NCBI GenBank assembly: GCA_043825875.1 | Contig: JBDRRF010000108.1 | Location: 1-15,400, forward strand | Direction: 5' to 3' | Length of the DNA stretch: 15,400 nucleotides | From: Pseudomonadota bacterium | GTDB taxonomy: Bacteria; Desulfobacterota; Desulfobacteria; Desulfobacterales; RPRI01 | Program-made: the position numbers and the translations under genes | The notes under the pieces: model-generated | Seen by the model: only the letters and a program-made list of their open reading frames with translations | What the model was told of the DNA's origin: nothing | Database searches by the model: none | In this document: positions 1-7,187 of the stretch, piece by piece | Numbering within the stretch: the stretch's first letter is position 1 | Layout: every line of letters starts with the position of its first letter

Positions 1-196
1 TTCGCTGTTGTACTCCTTCTGTTTGATCGAAAAAACCGTTTTGAATACCAGTTGTATCACGCAAAACAAAACTGGATTCAAAAAAACCATGAAAACTGGA
101 TTCCATTTCTGCTGCCGCATTCGAAGAGAAAATTCCTAACAGCACAAAAATTGCAAACACAAACAAACATGTTTCCTCCCATCTTCTCTTACCCAT
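1..196 (-). CDS. N-terminal part (runs off window) of a secreted/outer-membrane protein, possibly DUF1302-like
   Basis: ATG at 196 with SD AGGAGG (208-203). The frame is open to the window edge: MGKRRWEETCLFVFAIFVLLGIFSSNAAA|EMESSFHGFFESSFVLRDTTGIQNGFFDQTEGVQQR. This has a basic N-terminus, hydrophobic core and AxA cleavage motif of a Sec signal peptide. The family guess is from recalled similarity only. Confidence 0.75.
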   Translation of the reverse strand, partial: MGKRRWEETCLFVFAIFVLLGIFSSNAAAEMESSFHGFFESSFVLRDTTGIQNGFFDQTEGVQQR

Positions 197-425
197 GTCT
201 TTCCTCCTAAATTAAGTGTTTTAAAAAAAGATACAATTTCCACCTACTTTGTTTGTCTCACCTCCTTTTCTTATTAAACTCTAACATCAAATAAGGTATA
301 GCAAACTACATCCTGATCCATCCTAATTAGATAACAGCAAGAAATTGTTCGTGGTATAAAAGCCAGGGTCCAGTATTGAAGCAGGAATATATAAGAACGA
401 TTCTCTTTAGTGTTTATTTCAGCAT

Positions 426-733
426 CGAGCATACCGAATGTCAAGATAATTTTGTAGTTTTATGGTGATATGGCCCATAGATGTCTTTATATATGGCCAG
501 ATGTTGTTAGTAAATCGTCAAATGGTTAACATTAGCGCTCATCATCGATTCTTGACAAACATACGGTAACCATTTATAAACGAACATGCCAAATGTCAAG
601 ATATATTTTTAGCTTCTCGGTGATATGGCCCGTAATTATCTTTTTTTTGGGCCATATGCTGTTAGGAAATAGTCAACTGATTAATGTTGGCGCCCATCAT
701 CGGTTCTTGACAAACATGCAGTAACCATTTATA
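426..733. repeat. Imperfect tandem duplication with 155-bp period (426-578 and 581-733) in a divergent intergenic region
   Basis: Shared blocks exactly 155 bp apart: AATGTCAAGATA (437/592), GGTGATATGGCCC (464/619), TTCTTGACAAACAT (549/704), GTAACCATTTATA (566/721). Confidence 0.95.
552..580 (+). promoter_or_regulatory. Candidate sigma70 promoter toward the Lrp/AsnC gene; second copy at 707-735
   Basis: TTGACA-17 bp-TATAAA (552-580) and TTGACA-17 bp-TATACA (707-735). Minus-strand TTGACA boxes at 444-439 and 599-594 point toward the leftward gene. Confidence 0.45.
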
Positions 734-803
734 CAGAGACCATTTATGAAGTTGAAAGGTCGAGCTTAGAAACAATGTTTTCGTATATACCGGAAGTGTT
801 ATA

Positions 804-1745
804 ATGGTCGAAAAGAAAAAAACGTCAAAGTACCAGGTCGATGAGCTTGACCTGATGCTGATAAAAGAACTTGAAGCCAATTCCAGACAAAGCAATCGCC
901 AGATTGCCAAGAAGCTGGGTGTAACTTCAACAACAGTTCAGATAAGGCTTCAAAGGCTTCTTGATGAAAGAATGATCAAAATAATCCCTGTGCTGAATCC
1001 GGTAGCGATGAAATTCCAGACTAGGGCATTTTTTGGGTTGAATATCACTCCCGGCAGTTCCAATGCCGCGGTCGTATATTTGAAACCGTTAGCCTGTGTT
1101 CAGACTATCAATATCACAGCGGGTCACTTTGATATGACGTTATTTGCGGTGTTCCATGATATCGAAGAAATGCTTGCTTTTGTTGACGGCGAATTGAGCA
1201 AGGTTCCGGGCCTTGTTAGTATTGAAGAGATTATGGTCCTGAAGGTGGTGAAAAGAACATGGGCACATTATGATTGCAGCGCTGGCCTGGCTGGGCTGTC
1301 AGAACAACGTGACCTTGACGAATCGGAGACCAGATTGATAGATGCTCTGAAGTTGAATCCCAGAGAGACTATTATGAATTTGAGCAGAAAGCTTGGATTG
1401 AGCAGAAAGCTTATAAGCAGAAAGCTTACCGGACTTGTCAATGATAACATAATCGCTTTCACCATTCTGGTCATACCTGAAAGATCTGCTGTGCAGGCAC
1501 AAGTATTCTTGAAGGTTTACCCCGGAGAAATCAACAATGTGGCTACAGCGCTGGCTACAAATAAGAAAATTGCTCATGTGCTCATCGTTAGCGGTCAATT
1601 CAAGGTGTTCTTTGCTGCCGTTTTTCGCAATATGGAAGAATGCATTTTTTTCATCAATGGAGATATGCGTAATATTCCAGGCATCAATAGCCACGAGACG
1701 GCTGTCTCTGTAGCATCGCTAAAGCAGTCTGTATTGCTTGGATAG
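804..1745 (+). CDS. Lrp/AsnC family transcriptional regulator with two tandem HTH + RAM modules
   Basis: HTH1 'VDELDLMLIKELEANSRQSNRQIAKKLGVTSTTVQIRLQRL' and RAM1 'TAGHFDM'. HTH2 'LDESETRLIDALKLNPRETIMNLSRKLGLS' and RAM2 'VSGQFKVF...IPGINSHET'. At 313 aa it is about twice a normal Lrp. Confidence 0.92.
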   Translation: MVEKKKTSKYQVDELDLMLIKELEANSRQSNRQIAKKLGVTSTTVQIRLQRLLDERMIKIIPVLNPVAMKFQTRAFFGLNITPGSSNAAVVYLKPLACVQTINITAGHFDMTLFAVFHDIEEMLAFVDGELSKVPGLVSIEEIMVLKVVKRTWAHYDCSAGLAGLSEQRDLDESETRLIDALKLNPRETIMNLSRKLGLSRKLISRKLTGLVNDNIIAFTILVIPERSAVQAQVFLKVYPGEINNVATALATNKKIAHVLIVSGQFKVFFAAVFRNMEECIFFINGDMRNIPGINSHETAVSVASLKQSVLLG

Positions 1746-2170
1746 TAACGAAATTGCTTAGGGTAATTTGGCATGCATGTTTTTCTCTTACCATGCCTTT
1801 CTGTTTAAATCCGCACGAAACTCCGATTTGGGCCCGTGGCAAGCCCTCTGGGCTATAGGTTTTGGGGAAATCCTCCCACCCTTCCAATGATACTCAATGG
1901 CAAACCTCATGGCAGGAGGGCTTTTCGCTACTTAATCAGGGAATCCTTGGTAAATACATTTCAACTGTGCGGTACATGGCAGAAACAAGAATGTCTTTGT
2001 ATTGATTACTGTTGTTCTTATCGATTACTTTAGGTAAATTCATAGACTGCCCAATACCGGCAATTAAAACAGAACAAATAACGAACTTATTGACAATCCA
2101 AAATACTTTACTATTCCCACTCGTTTTATGTTTTTTCTTTCCAACTTCATAGTTGTTATAGTTATATTCT

Positions 2171-2270
2171 CTCATCGGCATGAATCAGCTCTTTTGCTAT
2201 TTCATGCCTTGCCTGACATTGCAGTATAAATTGTTACTCTCTTTCAAAAGAGCTGATTTATGCCGATGAG
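2171..2270. repeat. 100-bp element with 26-bp inverted arms (25/26 match) around a 48-bp spacer
   Basis: CTCATCGGCATGAATCAGCTCTTTTG (2171-2196) and CAAAAGAGCTGATTTATGCCGATGAG (2245-2270). Confidence 0.95.
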
Positions 2271-2500
2271 CACCTCTATTAAATTAAAAGAACGACGGCT
2301 TTTTTAAAAACTCAAACATAAAAAACTGGTATTTTGATGAATTCATTGCTATTGTTAAAAAAATTATGTTATGTAGTATAAATTACTTCCGGTTATTTAA
2401 TATTTATAAATACAATATATTAGTGTAAGAATGCTTGAGGCATTGGTTTCTTCATTTATTGTATTTTTTTATTTGTATTCTTATAGGTGTTATACTATTC

Positions 2501-5065
2501 ATGCTTGTTTTACGAGGTACAAAGAGTTCCTATGATAGTCCCAAACTGTATAAATCGCTTGGATCTCTATTAAAAGACTATAGAAAATGGCGTGGAGTAA
2601 GCCAGGAATTTATTTCAGACCTGATAAGAGTAAGCGTTAGACAATTACGCAATTGGGAATCAAACCGACGCCGTGTTCGCTTCGAAAATCTCCATGATCT
2701 TTCAGAGGTTACAGGTATTCCCATGCAGGTATGTGTAGCTCTTAACGCAGACCAACCCATGTGGTATACCTTGCAAAAAAGATGGTTTGCGTCCTCGCCG
2801 GTATTAGCGGATTCATTGCCAAATACACTATTCAAATACTCCGGAAAATTGGACGATGCCTTTACTTTATCCAAAGAAAAAATTAGAACTGACAAGCAGT
2901 ATAATATGGTACTTTCGTGCCATAATGATATTTACCGTGCGCTAAAACCGCTTAGAAGAGATGTTGTCGAAAAGGCATCTTCAATCATTCCTGATTTGAA
3001 CTTTATTGTTTTGGATTCCTGGGGCCATTATGTGGGACATAGCATCTGGCTACCCTTAAAAAAAGATGCATTTGATCAGCTAAAGAAGCAAAAATCATTT
3101 GAGGGCTGGCTTACACCCGAAATCATCAGCGATGTTGTTGCTCTTAAGGAAGGCGCATTATTATTGTTTTCTATATATATTTCCAGCATAAATGTAGCGT
3201 ACTATAACCAAATAAACGCCACGCATTACCTCACCGATATTGATAAAAAAGAAAGATACATAGTTGGTATGTATACGGCCATGAAAGAAACTCATGAACT
3301 GCTAAGTACCTTAGGCTTTAAATTATCAAAAAATGATAAACAAGCAATATCGGAAGATTACAATATACTTTATGAAACCGGATTAGATATTGTTATGAGA
3401 CCCGGCGGGCCATGGCATTGGTTGCTTGAAAAACATAAACCAAAGGAGGAAAATGATCTGACCGAAAGGTCCGAACCAAAAGAGATGTCAGTTGTTGATC
3501 CGGAAACATTAAGCAAAGATATAGAAATGTTTGAAAAATATTCATTGGATAAAATATCCGGCATCAAAACGTCAACACCGGATAATGATTCCGGCGCCCT
3601 GATCGTTGACAGATGCAAACCATTTGATCATCAACCGGAGCATAGGAATTCATTTGAAGACTTTACCGTTCAGGCTAAGCGGCAAAGCGGGTTAGACAAA
3701 CTTGTATATCCAAATAAGAATTTCTCATTATATGGGAAAAAGGAAAAAGCAAATATTGCCTTAAACGGAACATACCGCAGAAAAGTTGATGACCTTACTT
3801 TAACCAGAGAAATTATTAGAACTGACAAGCAGTATAATATGGTGCTTTCGTGTCATAATGACATTTACCATACACTTAAACCACTTAGAAGAGATGTTGT
3901 CGAAAAGGCATCTGCAATTATTCCTGATTTAAATTTTATGGTTTTGGATTCCCGAGGCTATTATGTGGGGCATAGCATCTGGCTACCCTTAAAAAAAGGC
4001 GCATTTGAACAGCTAAAGAAGCAAAAATCATTTGAGGGCTGGCTTACGCCAGAAAGCATCAGTGATATTGTTGCTCTCAAGGAAGGCGCATTATTATTTT
4101 TTTCTTCATATATTTCCAGCATAAACATAGCGTATTATAAAACCATACAGGTAGCACATTACCTTGCCGATATTGATAAAAAAGAAAGATACATAGTTGG
4201 CATGTATTCAGCAATGAAAGAAACTCATGAATTGTTGAGTACCATGGGATTTAAGATATTAAAAAATGATAAACAAGCAACATCAAAAAATCACAATATA
4301 CTGTATGAAGCAGGATTAGATATTGTGATGAGATCCGGCGGGCCATGGCATTGGTTGCTTGAAAACCATAAACTGAAGGAAGAAAATGATCTAATCAAAA
4401 GGTCCGAACCGAAAGAGACGTTAGTTGTTGATTCGGAAATATTAAGCAAAGATCATGATATGTTAGAAAAATATTCATCGGAATCATTATCCGGTATCAA
4501 AACGTCAATACCGGATAATGATTCCGGCGCCCTGATCGTTGACAGGCATAAATCATTTGATCCCCACCCGGAGCATAGAAATTCATTTGAAGACTTTACC
4601 GTTCAGGCAAATAAGCAAAGCGAGTTAGACAAACTTGTATGTCCAAATACAAATTGCTCATTATATGGTAACAAAGGAAAAGCAAATATCGTTTTAAACG
4701 GAACATACCACAGAAAAGGTAAAAAACCAGGCCGCCGCTTCCTTTGTAAAGTATGTAAAAAATCTTTTTGCAACAGAACCGGAACTATATTTTATAATTT
4801 ATGTTCATCTGAAGAGAATGTCTTAAAAGCTCTTAAGCTTTTGGCCGATGGCAACCAACTTTCATATACAAAAAAAGTCCTAGGAGTAAAATTTCGCACA
4901 ATCCGCCGCTGGCTAAAAATTTTTCATGAGCACAATGCGGAACTAAATACATTGCTTAGAAATAAGCTAAACATGTCGGAAGCTGAAATCAATGCTTTAA
5001 TGAGTAATCTTGAGAATAATTTTCAATTAAACCCACATAATTCAGATAATTCAGAGTTAGAATAG
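2501..5065 (+). CDS. Chimeric putative regulator: XRE-family HTH + two tandem GNAT-like units + C-terminal IS1/InsA-like zinc ribbon-HTH
   Basis: XRE HTH 'LGSLLKDYRKWRGVSQEFISDLIRVSVRQLRNWESNRRR'. Duplicated 311-aa unit with GNAT-like hallmarks ('FIVLDSWGHYVGHSIWLPL', 'YTAMKETHELLSTLGFK'). C-terminal 'CPNTNC...RFLCKVCKKSF...TGTIFY...LGVKFRTIRRWL'. Start is uncertain (ATG 2501 preferred over TTG 2435). Confidence 0.85.
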   Translation: MLVLRGTKSSYDSPKLYKSLGSLLKDYRKWRGVSQEFISDLIRVSVRQLRNWESNRRRVRFENLHDLSEVTGIPMQVCVALNADQPMWYTLQKRWFASSPVLADSLPNTLFKYSGKLDDAFTLSKEKIRTDKQYNMVLSCHNDIYRALKPLRRDVVEKASSIIPDLNFIVLDSWGHYVGHSIWLPLKKDAFDQLKKQKSFEGWLTPEIISDVVALKEGALLLFSIYISSINVAYYNQINATHYLTDIDKKERYIVGMYTAMKETHELLSTLGFKLSKNDKQAISEDYNILYETGLDIVMRPGGPWHWLLEKHKPKEENDLTERSEPKEMSVVDPETLSKDIEMFEKYSLDKISGIKTSTPDNDSGALIVDRCKPFDHQPEHRNSFEDFTVQAKRQSGLDKLVYPNKNFSLYGKKEKANIALNGTYRRKVDDLTLTREIIRTDKQYNMVLSCHNDIYHTLKPLRRDVVEKASAIIPDLNFMVLDSRGYYVGHSIWLPLKKGAFEQLKKQKSFEGWLTPESISDIVALKEGALLFFSSYISSINIAYYKTIQVAHYLADIDKKERYIVGMYSAMKETHELLSTMGFKILKNDKQATSKNHNILYEAGLDIVMRSGGPWHWLLENHKLKEENDLIKRSEPKETLVVDSEILSKDHDMLEKYSSESLSGIKTSIPDNDSGALIVDRHKSFDPHPEHRNSFEDFTVQANKQSELDKLVCPNTNCSLYGNKGKANIVLNGTYHRKGKKPGRRFLCKVCKKSFCNRTGTIFYNLCSSEENVLKALKLLADGNQLSYTKKVLGVKFRTIRRWLKIFHEHNAELNTLLRNKLNMSEAEINALMSNLENNFQLNPHNSDNSELE
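2853..4718 (+). repeat. In-frame intragenic tandem duplication with 933-bp period (about 2853-3785 and 3786-4718)
   Basis: ATTAGAACTGACAAGCAGTATAATATGGT occurs at 2882 and 3815. The unit ends AACGGAACATACC(G/A)CAGAAAAG finish at 3785 and 4718. The constant offset of 933 bp equals 311 codons. Confidence 0.97.
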
Positions 5066-5280
5066 TTTTCGTTGCCAAAGTATTCGATGAATACCCTTTT
5101 GTAAAATCTTATGAGCTTACACTAGAACATACCGATTCCTTAAGTGATTTTATGCAATAACTTACAAAAGAACTTGTCTATAGCGCTTGCCACAAATGCG
5201 TTCCGTCCGGGTATGGGGAATACATTCAAATTTCAATAAAATTTGCCACAGGACTTCAATGAAGTACCAAAAAGGGTTAT

Positions 5281-5315
5281 TTCCAAATCTCAAATACTAT
5301 ATTTGTGATTTGGAA
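5281..5315. repeat. AT-rich hairpin with 16-bp arms (one mismatch)
   Basis: TTCCAAATCTCAAATA-cta-TATTTGTGATTTGGAA. Confidence 0.8.
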
Positions 5316-5393
5316 TTTGACTATTGGTATTTTTTTGATATATAAATAAATATATTACCATAGAGGAATAACAGGTTATAAACCCAATTGTTC

Positions 5394-5536
5394 GAGCCAC
5401 TTTCAAAACGTTTCAGTTTGATCAAGCTCAAGGCGGGAGAAAATTTCAACCACAGGAATACATTTAGTATTTCGAGGATTGAAATTTGAGCCCAACGCTT
5501 AAGATCGGCCAAAATGGGGCGTTTTGAAACTGGCTC
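5394..5536. mobile_element. 143-bp MITE/REP-like nested palindromic element
   Basis: Terminal inverted repeats GAGCCACTTTCAAAACG / CGTTTTGAAACTGGCTC (16/17 match). Inner arms AAATTTCAA...TTGAAATTT and AATAC...GTATT. No convincing coding capacity. Confidence 0.75.
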
Positions 5537-5692
5537 ATTCGCATAAGACTTCTTACCCCGAAAAAGTATTAAATGCAGGTTACTCAAAAGTCTCTCTATT
5601 TTAAAAAGCCTTTATCGGAAATTGCCGGTCTTGCTTGACCTGAAAGAAGTTTTTGTATAAATGTTTTCATTTTGCGAAAAAAGGGAAATATT

Positions 5693-7024
5693 ATGGCAGA
5701 ACATGTAGAATTGATATACGGAGGGGAAAAATACACTCTGCCCGTAGTTACGGGTACAGAGGGTGAAAAAGCAGTTGATATTTCCATACTTCGTGAAAAA
5801 ACAGGCTTAATAACTCTTGATACCGGTTTTGCCAATACCGGTAGCTGTATAAGTTCAATTACTTTTATGGATGGGGAAAAGGGTATTCTCCGTTACAGGG
5901 GAATCCCCGTTGAACAGCTTGCTGAAAATTCTTTATTTATTGAAACAACATATCTTTTGGTAAACGGAGTGCTGCCTACAAGAAAGCAACTAACCGATTT
6001 TTCCATTCTTTTAAACGATAATTCTCTTATTCATGAAGACATGCAATCGTTTTTTCAGAGTTTTCCAAGGGCTTCTCATCCTATGGGAATTCTTTCTTCA
6101 ATGGTTACTGCTCTTAGAAGTTTTTATCCCGAACTTAAAGTCGAATCTGTAGAACAAATAAATTTAACTGTTACACGCCTGCTTTCCAAGATTCGAACAC
6201 TTGCCGCCATGTCTTACAAGATATCCAGAGGGCATAAAGTTGTTTATCCGCGCCCGGATCTGTCCTATTGTGCTAATTTTCTTAACATGATGTTCGACAG
6301 CCCGGTCAGGCCCTATCAGATCGATGATGAGATGGTCAAGGCTTTAAATGTTTTCTGGATTCTCCATGCAGATCACGAGCAAAACTGCTCAAGTTCTACA
6401 GTCAGGATGGTCGGAAGCGGGAGAGTAAATCTTTACGCCGCTATTTCCGCCGGAATTGCAGCCCTTTGGGGTCCTTTGCATGGAGGGGCAAATCAGGCTG
6501 TTGTAGAAATGCTTACAAGAATAAAAAGAAAAGATGGTGGTAATGTTAAAAAAGCTGTTGAAAGGGCTAAAGATAAAAAAAATCCTTTCAGACTAATGGG
6601 TTTTGGGCACAGGGTTTATAAAACCTATGACCCGAGAGCAAAGATTATGAAAAATACTTGTGATATTATTCTTGAAAAACTTCAGACAAGCGACCCTTTG
6701 CTTGATATAGCAAAAGCGCTGGAAGAGGTCGCATTGAAAGATACTTATTTTCTGGAACATAACCTCTATCCTAACATAGACTTTTACAGCGGTATTTTAT
6801 TAAGAGCTCTTGGCATACCTACCAATATGTTTACAGTCATGTTTGCAATAGGAAGACTTCCAGGGTGGATAGCTCAGTGGAAGGAAAGTGCGGATGATCC
6901 CAAATGGAAATTAAGTCGTCCGCGGCAAATATATGACGGTCCGCCGTTGACGGAATATATACCCATAGACGAAAGGAAAAAACATCATATGGATTACGGG
7001 CATAAAAAACACATAAATAGTTAG
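5693..7024 (+). CDS. gltA: Citrate (Si)-synthase
   Basis: Motifs 'DGEKGILRYRGIP', 'LHADHEQNCSSSTVR', 'GPLHGGANQAV', 'MGFGHRVYK', 'YPNIDFYSG' and 'RPRQIY'. ATG 5693, preceded by AAGGGA, is preferred over TTG 5672. Confidence 0.97.
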   Translation: MAEHVELIYGGEKYTLPVVTGTEGEKAVDISILREKTGLITLDTGFANTGSCISSITFMDGEKGILRYRGIPVEQLAENSLFIETTYLLVNGVLPTRKQLTDFSILLNDNSLIHEDMQSFFQSFPRASHPMGILSSMVTALRSFYPELKVESVEQINLTVTRLLSKIRTLAAMSYKISRGHKVVYPRPDLSYCANFLNMMFDSPVRPYQIDDEMVKALNVFWILHADHEQNCSSSTVRMVGSGRVNLYAAISAGIAALWGPLHGGANQAVVEMLTRIKRKDGGNVKKAVERAKDKKNPFRLMGFGHRVYKTYDPRAKIMKNTCDIILEKLQTSDPLLDIAKALEEVALKDTYFLEHNLYPNIDFYSGILLRALGIPTNMFTVMFAIGRLPGWIAQWKESADDPKWKLSRPRQIYDGPPLTEYIPIDERKKHHMDYGHKKHINS

Positions 7025-7074
7025 GATACAACAAGACAAGACCTTAAAAATCCGCGTGGCACAATAGCAAATAT

Positions 7075-7113
7075 TTAGAGCATAAGCGCTTATGGATAGC
7101 GCTTATGCTCTAA
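7075..7113. terminator. Perfect 16-bp-arm hairpin between convergent genes; probable bidirectional terminator or small repeat element
   Basis: TTAGAGCATAAGCGCT-tatggat-AGCGCTTATGCTCTAA. There is no clear U-tract on either side. Confidence 0.55.
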
Positions 7114-7187
7114 TAGTAAAATGAAACGATTTGTAAAACTTGTAATCGACCAACAGTAGGCATCTGCAACAGTATAGAAGCCTTATA

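Noticed and set aside
797..805. Perfect extended -10 (TGTTATAAT)
   Set aside because: It overlaps the Lrp start codon, so a transcript from it would lack the start of the HTH. Probably chance in AT-rich DNA.
1895..1930. GGCAAACC...GG resembling the start of a c-di-GMP-I riboswitch
   Set aside because: It lacks the GNRA-type loop with a paired stem, the following GACGCAAAGC segment and the P2 stem.
1684..2181. Short ORFs 1684-1887, 1836-2033 and 1936-2181
   Set aside because: No recognisable motifs or convincing SD sequences, and they overlap one another.
2435..2500. TTG start giving a hydrophobic, membrane-anchor-like N-terminus
   Set aside because: The hydrophobicity follows from T-rich upstream DNA and there is no good SD. 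ATG 2501 sits closer to the XRE domain. Not fully excluded.
4640..5065. An intact IS1 element
   Set aside because: No DDE/InsB frame or flanking IS ends are visible, and the module is fused in frame to a larger protein.
5321..5587. 88-aa minus-strand ORF
   Set aside because: It runs through the palindromic MITE-like element and AT-rich DNA, so it is most likely spurious.
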